A program made the translations under genes and the position numbers. From the NCBI GenBank assembly GCA_011109175.1, contig RDEW01000005.1:1028903-1092902 (forward strand): a stretch of 64,000 nucleotides of DNA. The letters run 5' to 3'. Below, piece by piece: positions 11,215 to 22,672 of the stretch. The notes beneath the pieces are model-generated. The model was not told the DNA's origin. It ran no database searches and saw nothing but the letters and a program-made list of their open reading frames with translations. The first letter of the stretch is position 1. Each line of letters starts with the position of its first letter. Source of the stretch: Dicyema japonicum. Taxonomy: Eukaryota; Animalia; Dicyemida.

Positions 11215-14200
11215 TTATTAACAATAAAATATTATTTATTAACTATGATAAAGAGAGCGGCTGCTGACATCACGGAGTAAGCGTTTCCGCGGACAACTGC
11301 GATACCAATTCTTTGCCTCAGCCAGACCGCTTCCCGCACGTCTTTCTTGCGGTGGGCCAATTTTCCCCCGATTTCCTTTAGGAAAGAGGCTGTAATACTT
11401 CCGGCCGCACCAGACGTCTCGATTGCTACCGGTACAAAACGGTAGCGGTCTCCAATTTCGCCATATTTTTTAATCTTGATTTTTTAGGCAAGATCGGCTG
11501 CCGATCCAGCAAACTGCGCCGAGCTAAGTATCATCGAGTTCGAGAAAGAATCCACAACAGTGCAGTCCCATACAAGCGATTTTCCCTCAATGAACGGAAG
11601 GATAGTTAACCCATACGGTCTTTTCCCATCTCCGCGGTCCAATCTTACAAGTTCCAGTACTGCCAGGAAGCCTGCCGCTTCAAGAGCTCGCATGACAATG
11701 TTGTTCATAGCAGCATGGCGGGGTGCTCTTCTCGCACTCCTTTTGCATGAGAGCGGGTGCAGCCCTTTGGAATCGACGATCCCTCCACAACGACATTGGT
11801 GTTCGACGCAAACATCAACTCCCAGGTGTTGTGCGATCCCAATCCGAATGCAGTCATCGTCCAAAGGGTCCCCAGGAGGAAGACGGGAGTGCATCCAGCC
11901 ACGCTCCCATGGTTGGCGGACACGAGGCATGCAAGACGATGCTGGTTGGCCTCAGACTTTAGCACGTCGAAGATATTCTTGGAGTAATATCATCCCAGTC
12001 ACGTTGCCTCGAAGGATCGTTCGGCATATCCAAACCAGTTTCACACCATTCGACGAGCTTTGTCGAAGACTTTCCCAAGAAAGTCCAGTTGTAAACGTAG
12101 GATATCTTGAACCAAAAGGCTTCCATTTGAAGGCGATAACACATTTGCTGGAAAGGCGATCTTCAGCGTCGACCTGAGACCCGTTCCTCCGAGGCGTGTA
12201 GGAAGCTTGCATTGGTTCCAACTCGGCACATCAAAGTGGATGTTTGGAAGCAATTCAGCTGATTTTCTCAATGTCCTATCCAGTTACAGGAGGATGTCAC
12301 GATTTTTGAAACAGGGAGAACATCGGAGGGCATATAGGAGTTTGAGCAAACCGATGCTATTCTTCAAAAGGAGAACGCTGTATGAGCATCGAGTAAGGAG
12401 TTTCTCCGTGACTCTGGAGAGTTCATCCTCTTTTGTCAGTAGATGGCTCCGCAGTTCCTTTTCGTCGAGTGGGCACCCAAGAAGTTATGTCCGCTCCTTG
12501 AGTAAGACAGTAATTCTAGGTAGTACCGAGTTGAAAGACTCGACCACGTTGATAAAATCACTCTCTGAGTATGTGATGTTTATTAGCTCCGATTTCTTTA
12601 TGTTTATCTCAAGTCCGAGGTTTCGTAGTGCTGGCACGGCATGTGATAGAACGTCGTGTACTTTTCTCCACGACCCTCCAATTGTGGCGTCATCGAGATA
12701 CCAAAGGTTTAGTTGTGTGTTTATAGAGCGGACAATTTCATCGATGGCCAGAGCGAAGAGTAGTGGACCAAGTGAGTCCCTTGTTGGACTCCAGTCTCCG
12801 AACAGATAATCTTGTCTCCTAAAACCAGTGAAGAATTGGTTCCGTAAGAGAGGAAGACAAGTGGAATAAGTTCCGGGGCTCGTTTGCTTGTAGTTTCGAA
12901 AATTTGATCCCTCCTCAATGAATTGAAGGCATTGCAGATGTCCAGCTTGACCCCAATGTGTGGGTTTTGTTCGTCTTTTTGTCCAAAAAAACACCTCGCA
13001 GCATGCACTGCCGCCTCGCATCTGTTCCTTACACCAACCCCCAGTTGGAGGGAAAATTTTTCAGATATTCTCGGAGACAATGCTGCATGCGATTTTCGCT
13101 GTCAGTCTTCTGAAATAGTTGCCGACTGCGATGAGGAGGACCCCACCTTCAGGTTTTTTGAAGGCCAATATATGTGCACTGAAAAGAGCTCCCTTGCATG
13201 GGGAGGAATATTTCAATTCAAAATACGCATAACCAGTTTTGTAATTAATTTGACAAGGTTGCAGCCAGCTTCTGCAGTAGCCTCCGCCGTAAGATGCTTG
13301 ATGTGACCCGGCCACAAGCCATCGATACCTCCACTGCTACTCGCCGCAAACGACGAAATGCCGCGTCGCACTTCGCCTTCGGTGATCCTCGACAAATGTC
13401 CCGGAAGCACGAATGGACGGTAATCTTTCGGAGCACATGGATGTTTAAGTCTGAGTAGTTCCAGCACCTCAGGTGTCGCAGCCATAACAGTTTCGTCGCT
13501 GGCGACGACGCGCAACGCGCTCGGACGTTGCCTTCGAATAGTTTGGGGTTCACTCTCTTTAAGTTTTTCCGGGCCATTTAAATAAACCGGAGGATTGGAA
13601 TCAGAATTCCTTGATTTCTTGACTTCCGTCTTGGTGAGAGAAAGCACATAGAAAACCTGGATGTTTTTTTCATTTTTGAAGAAAGAGAGTTGTAGTGCTT
13701 TTCTCTGTATTCCTTTGATCTTCTTTTGAGTCGATAAATGGAATTCCAAGGGCCATCGGAGCAAAACTGATGAGTTTTTATCCAGGCCCTCAGGTCGTCG
13801 GAACGTGAGAGCATCGTCAATTGCAGAGGCCAGGCATGTAGCCGCGGGGATCCGGACGGGTCTTGGGATCCTGATTGGGATCTTCATGGCTTTCCTTAGA
13901 TCCGACAAGAAGAGCAAGAGGTTGTCCATATCATTGAAGTCTAGAGGCTCGTTTGGTTCGACGTGCTCGTTTGGAATGATTTTTCTGGGTTTTCCAACCA
14001 GTGTCCATGCAGACACTGCAGTTCCACAGGCAGAGCGAGCACGCAGCCCGCTGAGACATCTTTATGCATCCATGGTGGAAAAAGTCACCGCAAGACGAGC
14101 AGAAAAGTCCATATTTGCGTGCATTGGCAAAACCGCATGTAGAGCATGTAGTGTCCAGTCTCTTGTGTGTAATGTGTGTTGCTCCATGATGATACAATTA

Positions 14201-14225
14201 CTCACCACAAGACCACACGTTTTTT
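11215..14225 (-). mobile_element. Second near-full-length CRE-clade retrotransposon (PHD - RT - RLE), frameshifted
   Basis: Intact PHD finger at 14009-14146; IPIRIPRPVRIPAA motif; SSGGIDGLWPGHIKHL; KLDICNAFN; GVQQG; WYLDD; CRCGGIVDSKGLHPLSC; KRPYGLTILPF..WDCTVVD; terminal IGIAVVRGNA. Confidence 0.9.
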
Positions 14226-14906
14226 TTAAATATATGAACTAAAAATTACAGAACTAAATTTTAGACGAGATCAGGTACAAAGTATGCCAATCATGGTCAG
14301 ACTTTCTTACGAAAGAATGCTAGAAGTGGTAACAACTATACCAACAGGTAAACGACCAATTCCTCTGCAACATGGCATTCCCGCATCCTGCAGACTTGGT
14401 CAGGGTACAGGAGAAAGGAGGATGGACAATTCGTGAACACCCACAATCAGATTGATCACATCATCTGCAGGCAAAAGGACCGCTGTATTATAACTGATGT
14501 CGGGACTATGGAGGCTCAATCATCGACAGTGACCACAAAATACTCATTGCCAAACTCTTATTGAAGAAATACGGGTCGTTGCTAAGAATGAAAAGGAAAG
14601 TCAGTGATTAATCAAAACCACATGCAAAAAGTTACAATCTGGACTACTTGAGGACCCAAAATAACCCTGGCTCAACATTCAGAGAATATCTAGACAAAGA
14701 ACTCGAGGAGATATCAATGGACTTACCGTCCCCCAGATGCATATAACTTATTAAATCAGGCAATCAAAATGGCAGGAGACGTATCTGTCAAGGGATCGAG
14801 AAATCGTTTCCCTCGAATGAGGCAGACATAGTAAAACTCCTTGCCAGCCAGCAGAAGAAAATATGGATACAGAACTTGGGCGACCTCATCAGCGGATATG
14901 GAAAAA

Positions 14907-15157
14907 CTATACCATTTCAGGTTTAAAGTGGGTCTTACCAAAAGCAAAGTGGGTCTTACCAAAAGCAAAGTGGTTCTTACCAAAAGCAAAGTGGTACTTA
15001 CCAAAAGCAAAGTGGTACTTACCAAAAGCAAAGTGGAACTTACCAAAAGCAAAGTGGAACTTACCAAAAGCAAAGTGGAACTTACCAAAAGCAAAGTGGT
15101 ACTTACCAAAAGCAAAGTAGTACTTGTAGGATATAGACGCGTAATATTTTATCAGTG
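14907..15157 (+). repeat. Left arm of an inverted repeat with 9 x 21-bp units (GGWNCTTACCAAAAGCAAAGT)
   Basis: Directly visible tandem array; the unique ends match the reverse complement of 15671-15879. Confidence 0.95.
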
Positions 15158-15670
15158 GCCCCTCTTATTGACTGGTCAGTGAAGTATGACCCCAGGAGTG
15201 ACCACAATCCAATATTTTTGGAGTTCAAAACGAGGTCACGGATAAAAGGACAATACCCAACGATAACAAACTCAGCCTTGCGAATTGGAGAGGATTCAAA
15301 GAATACGTCGATAATTGTATTGGACTATTAAATTTCCTCACTTTTCCCTCCGTCGAACAATTAGTGAAATGGTTCAACTCCATTATAAACGCTGCGAAAA
15401 AGAAGTACATTCAACACAACGACGAAACATCTGATCAGAGAACGAAATAATCTAAAGATGGTAAAATCGCCAACAGAAAAGAACATCAGGAAAATACGAG
15501 AGCAGAACACAGAGATCGACAACAACATAAAGACAGAAAATGCAAATAGATGGACGAGACTATCGAAGGCTCTCTACAAAAACCCCCCAATGCAGAGAGT
15601 ATGGATGTGGATCTAAAACACCAAAAGATCCACCCCAGAGAGAAAAGTCGACTCTACATAAAACCAGACA
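15158..15670 (+). mobile_element. Fragment of a different APE-type LINE enclosed between the inverted arms
   Basis: WSVKYDPRSDHNPIFLEF, ANWRGFKEYVD and IREQNTEIDNNIK..RWTRLSK resemble the post-APE linker of the LINEs at 25.7 kb and 49.6 kb. Confidence 0.6.
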
Positions 15671-15879
15671 CACTGATAAAATATTACGCGTCTATATCCT
15701 ACAAGTACCAATTTGCTTTTGGTAAGTTCCACTTTGCTTTTGGTAAGTTCCACTTTGCTTTTGGTAAGTACCACTTTGCTTTTGGTAAGTACCACTTTGC
15801 TTTTGGTAAGTACCACTTTGCTTTTGGTAAGTTCCACTTTGCTTTTGGTAAGACCCACTTTAAACCTGAAATGGTATAG
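15671..15879 (-). repeat. Right arm of the inverted repeat with 7 x 21-bp units
   Basis: Reverse complement of the left arm, two units shorter (209 vs 251 bp). Confidence 0.95.
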
Positions 15880-16329
15880 ACTCGTTTCCACAGAGGTCAG
15901 CTGAGAAAAATAACAGGAACTACTTGGCCTACGAGAATATCGAGGAATGCTTTATATAAGAGATGCAGCACTAGACCTATCAGCTTAGAAGTACTGGAAT
16001 CCCGATGGAAGCTCTGCGGACACGTGCTGAGGATGGAATTAACATCCCCACCTAACATATCTATGGAAAAATACTATGTTAGCCAAGAAGGTCGCTATCG
16101 TGGAAGACCAAGAACAACACTGCCAATAGTCTTACAAAAAGACCTGGTCAATATCAAAAAAATATAATAAATGCCGACGACCTGGACAACATGAGAGCCT
16201 TGGCTAGGAACAGGGGAGCATGGAAAAGGATGACATCTAACCTTGTTTCTTTTGTTGCACATGCAGGGGCTATAATTAGTATGGCTCTCGTGAAGTGCTT
16301 CTTAGAACAAAGAATAAGGTAATCGATTA

Positions 16330-17830
16330 GCTTAAATTAATTGAAAGTTTCAAGGACAACGGAAAGTTTTATGAGGCCGTTAGAGAATTAGAGGCAATGT
16401 ACTGAAATAACTAGTAATTTTGCTGGACGACCAAGGAGACAAACCGTGGATCAATTGGAAGTGCGTAGCTTATCGCTGACCACTTCGAAAATTTATTCAA
16501 ATTGAATGATCACGGTAGCATTAGGACTGCTCCAGAATGGAGAGGAAATAACTCCACAAGAAGTAGCACCCCAAAATTGAAAAATGAAAAAACGGAATGT
16601 ACAGAACCGGCAGCGCCCTACAGCTGGGAGAGAAAACTCTGATACTCGTTCAGAAGGCTCACAAACCATAATAAAAAATCTCAGACCATTTATACTGATG
16701 GAAAATATAATTTGGAGAGTCTTTAGCTTTCTTCTTACCATAGCAGCTTCCATGAGGGCAGATCGACCTCGGATGTTGTGTGGAGCCACAAGTGTAGGTG
16801 CAGAATGGTTCAAAGGTTCAGAGTGATGACCATTCTTGGGACCGACATATCAAAGGCTTTCGACTCGCTAAATCGGCGGAAATTGTCACAAGTCCTTGAA
16901 GGTTTTCTTGATAGTTCTACTGTCAGGCTAATTAAGACACTCCTAGCGGACACGTAACTGAATGTGAGGTTCAGGAGAACCTGCTCAGACGATTCGAGAC
17001 AACAGTAGTAACCCCAAGAAGATCCACTATCCCCTATTTTTGTTTGTCATCTACCTTGAGGCCCTTCGGGACCTGGAGCCGCTCCTTAAAGGGAAACGTG
17101 CACAATAGCATACGCAAATGGCGTAAAATTCATTTCAAATGACAAAGAAGCACTCACTGCTTTATTGAAGAAAATACTGTGCAAGTTGGTAGAATGGTTC
17201 ATAACTGTAAAACTGAAGTCACTTAATTAAGAGGAGATACCTAGGACGGAAGAGTATTGGCGCAAAACCAAAAAGCTCATTTTTCAGTGAAATTGAAGAC
17301 ATAACAAGAAAAAATTTAGCAAATGCCGGACTGCACAAAATCAAAAAAATCTGGTTTGCCCGTAAAGGGCTCGACGTTGAGTACGCATGTACAACGCACT
17401 TGTGAAACCAATACTCCTGTCTAACGGGGGCACTTGGGCTTGTACAAGACAGGAACTTAGAAAGCTGAATTCCTTCCACAGAGACCAGCTTCGGCATATC
17501 CTTTCCTCCTAGGACCACTCCAGACTGCAGTCCGACATTCTTCCTAGAAAACAAAAAGTACAGCGGTTTTGTAAGAGATCCTGGATGCAAGATGGATGCT
17601 GTTTAGACACATATTTCGTCTGTACCTGTGGACCCCACATACGTTGGCACGGAGGATTACTTTGTTTTGGACGTTCTGCGTTTCCGTTGTCAACCAAGGG
17701 CGACTTTACCGACCATCCTTGACGAAGATCTTAAGGAAATCGGTTGACACCTCAAGTACGGGAAGACCTCGACAGGCTGCGAAACGAGGCAAAGAATCGC
17801 CAGAGTTGGAAGAAACTAGGTATTCATTTG
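16330..17830 (+). mobile_element. Decayed RTE-like LINE RT region
   Basis: ILGTDISKAFDSLNR; decayed PQGDPLSPILFVIYLE; YNALVKPIL; RWMLFRHIFRL; TLPTILDEDL. Confidence 0.8.
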
Positions 17831-18065
17831 ATTTCTAGTGTTGGACATGCTTTATCACGTCCTATGACATAAAGTACCCATAACAATAAGTGCACTTATG
17901 TCTACTCCACACTCGGATGGCTCTAATGTCCCTACTATCCTTACCCACCTAAATGCTATTTTTCAATTAATAATAAATTAATATTATATTTATTTTTTTA
18001 TCGAAAACTACTATTATTACTTTAAATATTGTAATTCTATATTTACTCACATCCTATTGTAATAT

Positions 18066-18567
18066 TTAGCAAAATAACAAACCTTCGACTTCACAAACGA
18101 AATTTAGTTTTCCTCTGCAATCGAATGCATTCCATTTTCCAGCAAACCACATATTGACGCAATGCTCTCCATTAATATGGTTTGGTTCCATTATATCGTA
18201 ATTTGTATATCCCTAATAAGTTATTGAACAGTTAAACTTGTCTTTCATGTTTCAAATTATAGGAAAGCATATGATATGTTTTAACTCCAATATAAAACCA
18301 TTTTTTAAAACTCAAATAAAATGTGCCTTTAAAATTTACGAAAATAATTAAACTGTATATAAAATTATTTGTCGAGCAATCGTTGATTGAGACCAGTTGA
18401 CCTCCAATTTCAATACATGTTTTTTCAGCTTCCACAAAATTCTTTTTCTCTTCGAAGTAAATATAACAGTGGTTTTCGTAGCATTCGACAAGTTCTAGAG
18501 AATAATAATATTATTTACGCTTCTCTTTAGACCTTATTAGAAAAATTAAGGAAAACAAAAATAACAT
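18066..18567 (-). CDS. Small secreted C-type lectin domain protein (EPN motif); two micro-introns
   Basis: Hydrophobic N-terminus MLFLFSLIFLI; CYENHCYIYFEEKKNFVEAEKTCIEIGGQLVSIND; YTNYDIMEPNHINGEHCVNMWFAGKWNAFDCRGKLNFVCE; introns of 24 and 25 nt. Confidence 0.8.
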
Positions 18568-18732
18568 TGCAGTAAACTGTGAACTGCCAATTAATTAAAA
18601 TTATTATTTATAGGATTCGAAAAACATATGGTTTTATATCAATTTGTCGATAAAAATTAATTGTGCCAATTTTTGTCCAATTTTCTATTTTTCCTGAATT
18701 TTAATATAAATGATATTTTGAGTCAACTTGGA

Positions 18733-18870
18733 GGAATAAGCGGGAAATCGTTACATTTCCTCAAAAAGCTGGGACGTCTGGTTAAATCACAACGCATGTG
18801 AGACTCAGTGGCTTCTCCAGTTATCAACGTCGATTATATCGGCTGGGACCATTTTTGATTAATTTTTTTT
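18733..18870 (+). mobile_element. CRE-clade 3' fragment
   Basis: GGISGKSLHFLKKLGRLV nearly identical to the C-terminus of the 1518-4499 element. Confidence 0.65.
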
Positions 18871-19249
18871 CATTTAAATTAAATTATTATGACCTACAAA
18901 TAATCTCAACCAAATATTATAAAAGATAATCAAAATATGTTAACTTTAAAGATAATTGAAAATTATCCAGATGTTTCTTTTTTAATGACATATTTTGGAA
19001 CAATAAATTTTAATTAATGCATATTCGTATTGATTAGTTTCGTAGTTAGAAGCATTCCCGCGATTCCCATAAGCATGTGGGTACTTAGGGTTCCGCTTCT
19101 GCCGTACTCTTTACTATCCATAGTTCATCAAAGTTTTTTTCATTTTCAACCAACTTGTACATAATCCAGACAGAGATGGTGCGTTGTTCTCCGCCGTTCA
19201 TGGCTCCTCGCTTTAAACTCAGCGAAGGAGAAATGTCTGGGGTGACCAG

Positions 19250-20600
19250 TTAAACGGGTCATTTCCGATTTAAGGAAATTGAGTCTCTCCATTTATCTGA
19301 AATCCCACTGGTGGTATTCGACTGCTGGTTTAATGACCTGGTTGTATAGGAGAACTAGCATTCCTCCACACAGGGGCGAAAATGACACTTTTATGTGATT
19401 CAGCTTTTGAAATTCGCTAGTGGGAACCTTTTTAACATGATGGGAGAACGATAACAATGGATCAAAAGTTACTCCCAATATTTAAGGTTCCAGTTTTTTG
19501 GAATAGGCTTTCCAAATAGCATAATATCCGAATCTTCCTTCAATCTCCAATCGGTGAAATAATCGTATAGGAAATTTCCTCAGACCGACTGTCAGTTTGT
19601 CGCTAACCAGGTTTTAAGTTTCGCAAAAAAGTCTCAAGTTCTGTGGTGGCCTCATAAGTGGAATTACTACGACATCCAATGATCAAATCACCCACATGTG
19701 TCAGCAGAGAAATTGTTTCCCTCAGAGTATGACATTATGTTGAAATAAATTTATAAAAGCTGGAGAGAGCGGAGATACTTGAGGGATACTATTGGGGAAG
19801 AAAAGAGATCATGATCTCGAGAGCCAATGCAAATACGTGTTCTGCGTTTGTTAAGTTATTTTTACTGTAGAATAACTTCTTAGAACGTTTGTGGACATTA
19901 GGGCTTTCTAAATATCCGAGGTAAGCAATAAAATCTGAAGAGGATGACCAAATGTGACAAGTCTTTCGGTAGTAAACTGACTTAAAATCAAATACATTTT
20001 TGAAGACCAATCCGTTTTTGAAACCACGTGGGATATCAGGTCAGGAAGAATCTTTCACATGACATCTTTCTCTATGAGCGGTGAGAGACAACACGTCACG
20101 GATATAAGGCGGAAAAAAGGTGGTGAATGTTCTGTTTTACCAGGTTTCGGAATAAATCCATGATAGAGTTTTTTGACTTGTTCAGAATTCAGTTTTTGTT
20201 TATGGACAGTCAATGGCTATATCGCCTATATATTTCAAGAGAATTGGGAAAACAGCATTAGGACCGACAAAAAGGGTTCATCGGTCCAATAACAATTTTT
20301 TAACAGTTTCCAGGAGGAATACATCAGACCAGAGATGGTCTTGAGCTTCTGAGTCTATATCGTGGGAGACGGAACATATAGCGTCTAAAAAAGTCCTTGT
20401 GGTTTACCATGGGGTAATTAGACATTATTTTGTTAATTTTCTTTTGGTTTGCGGTTGTTATTACTGTGATTGATTCGTTTTCATTTGGCGAAGACCTCAA
20501 CATAATGAGACCGTAAAATTTTTCTTCCCAAGAGAAGATATTATTAGATTCCGTGATTTTTATTGATTAGTTTTTATTAGAGTCATAATTTGTCTGTTAA
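19250..20600 (-). mobile_element. Decayed APE-type LINE RT fragment
   Basis: KPGKTEHSP..; PKYLGVTFDPLLSFSHHV; LYNQVIKPAVEY. Confidence 0.6.
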
Positions 20601-20789
20601 GTAGACGGATGTTAAGCAAAGTAAGCTAACTTCTCTTTAGTGAGTTTCTATTTTTATGAGGCAACAGGTTTCTGAGTCAATGGTTGGGTTTATGGGCTTA
20701 TAGGTTACCCGAGGCACTAACCGACTCTAAAAAATAACATCGTTAAGTAATTCAAGAATATTGACATAAGAATAGCTCTCAATTTATTA

Positions 20790-22280
20790 ACCCCCAGTAT
20801 CACTTACCTGTAGGAAACTTGTGACCGTCAAAAACGCGCCGCTAAAGTAGGACGCTCCCAGAAATCCACCACTTTCACGCCGAGCCCAGGTGGTCCAAAG
20901 AAAGAAGAGATCCCAAACAACTCTTCTGGACAGAGATGGATAATGTTCACATCACAAGCGTGCTAGTTCCACTCTGAAGGCCCCAGAAGTTATGAAGCGC
21001 TAATCTCAGGAGGTTTATATTGCAATATCTTGTTCTCTTCAAGGTTCCGTATGGCACGCATAGACATAAAGTCATGCATACTCTTAGTCCAGGTTTGGTT
21101 TTTTGCCTGAGGTGGGATTCTCCTGAATGTTCATTGGAGGTCAATTAAGATTTCTCGGATGTGTCTGTGGTTAGTTGATTTGAGTAATGAGAAGGTTGGG
21201 TAATTGGAGTCAAATGATTGTTGGAGATGTTGTAAAACTCCTCATTCAAGGTCAACATCATTCAACATCAGGATCTTCGATTCTCAGTGGGAGATGACTT
21301 TATTAGCCTATTATGAGTCTCAATGCTTAACTTTGTACTTTTTTTTAGCTTTTGTATGATGGAGAGTGATAAGCATGATGATAGGTTGAGGATTCATAAT
21401 TCAATGTCGTCTTGAATTGTTCGTACGGGAGCTTAGGAAATTCCTTTTTGCCCGTTTGAGTGCCTACCTACCACTCGAAAGACACTTGATTTTTGTTTTG
21501 CTCTGGTGCGAAGTTATTCTACGTGTTTACTGATGGTGAGAGATGGCTCAAAAAACTCTGAGGATTCAAGGATGTTTGTCCACTGGAAGTAATTCGTCGT
21601 CCATGGATAAAATAGGACTGTAATTGAATCGATTTTGGTGTAGAATTATTAAAGATTTCGATGGGAATGGAGACAGTTTAGAACTATTTAGTCGGAAAAT
21701 GGATTTAAATGGGTTTGGACATTTTCCAAGGTCATTTGGACGTTTCTATTCCTTGCTGGAATTATAAAATCGTTTTCTAATAGAAGCAACGATAGATGGA
21801 GCGTTTTCCAAATCGATGGAATGTCGTTGAGGTTGAGATTAAATAGTTAATGGGAAAGAACAGATCCCTGAAAAAACCGTTGGAAGGTAACAAAACCAGG
21901 AAATATGGGACTATAAACAGATTTGACATGGAAAGGAAATTTGTTAGTCAGGACTATTAAACTGAATGGCTATTTGATGATCTGATCTTGTTTGAGAGGA
22001 CCACACAAGAAATTCAGCAAAAACATTTGTCAGGTCGATTGAAACTTGAGCAGTTTTTTTCAGGGAGCATAGAATTGTCTCAATAAACTGCGTCAAGGTG
22101 GAAAGGTAGGAGGTTGTTGAGTGAAGGGGACAAGATTCATTTCACCATTTGGAAAAGTTGAGGTGGCATAAAATCTCATTCAGAACTATTCTTTCCAGGA
22201 TCTTCGATACCATCGAGGTAAGAGAAGTTGGTCTGTAAGAGGATGAGGAATCCTTATTGTTTTTGAGTACGGGGGTAATG
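20790..22280 (-). mobile_element. Decayed APE-type LINE (RT to C-terminus)
   Basis: SSYRPTSLTSMVSKILER; QGSVLS..LFNLNLNDIP; C-terminal DFWERPTLAARFL, matching 33568-33816. Confidence 0.65.
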
Positions 22281-22301
22281 GTCGACTTTTTTCATTTTTA
22301 G

Positions 22302-22610
22302 GGGATAGCTTAGTGGTTGAAGTGTCACGCCTGAACACTAGTCATGGGTTGGAAATTCCCGCTGGCTACTAGGTTTCCTTCCTTGTTCTACTAGAGCGAC
22401 ATCATGTGATCTACCTACCTCAAATGACGCCCAGTACCAGGATGACATGGAAAATGATCATTTGCTTCCCCCATCTGAAATGATTGGATGTGTTCTGGAT
22501 AACTTGTATGTGATATGGAAGGACTCTTCAGCGACTGTGGGAACTGAATACATTTAATTGGCTGTCTACTGTTAATTTATTCCTCGGTGTATCCGGGGGT
22601 TAATAAATTA
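22302..22610 (+). repeat. SINE family 1, full-length (tRNA head, body, LINE-derived tail)
   Basis: Head GGGATAGCTTAGTGGTTGAAG with a degenerate B box; tail CTCGGTGTATCCGGGGGTTAATAAA; further copies at 34870, 58290 and 59420. Confidence 0.7.
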
Positions 22611-22672
22611 AGGAAAATAAATTATTTTAAACGATAATATTTTTAATTAAAAATTACTAAATATTATTTCAC

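Larger units (their letters stand above)
14290..16260 (+). mobile_element. Decayed RTE-like LINE; APE C-terminus and RT C-terminus remain, RT core replaced by an inverted-repeat insertion
   Basis: HNQIDHIICR and DSDHKILIAKL (APE); DSFHRGQLRKI, RWKLCGHVLRM and YRGRPRTTLPIVLQKDL (C-terminus). Confidence 0.75.

Noticed and set aside
14930-15120. CRISPR-like array
   Set aside because: The repeats are contiguous with no unique spacers, the context is eukaryotic, and there are no cas genes.
14756-15904. ORFs made of LTKSKVV / LPKAKW / LLVSST heptad repeats
   Set aside because: They are translations of a non-coding 21-bp VNTR that is open in several frames on both strands; there is no gene context.
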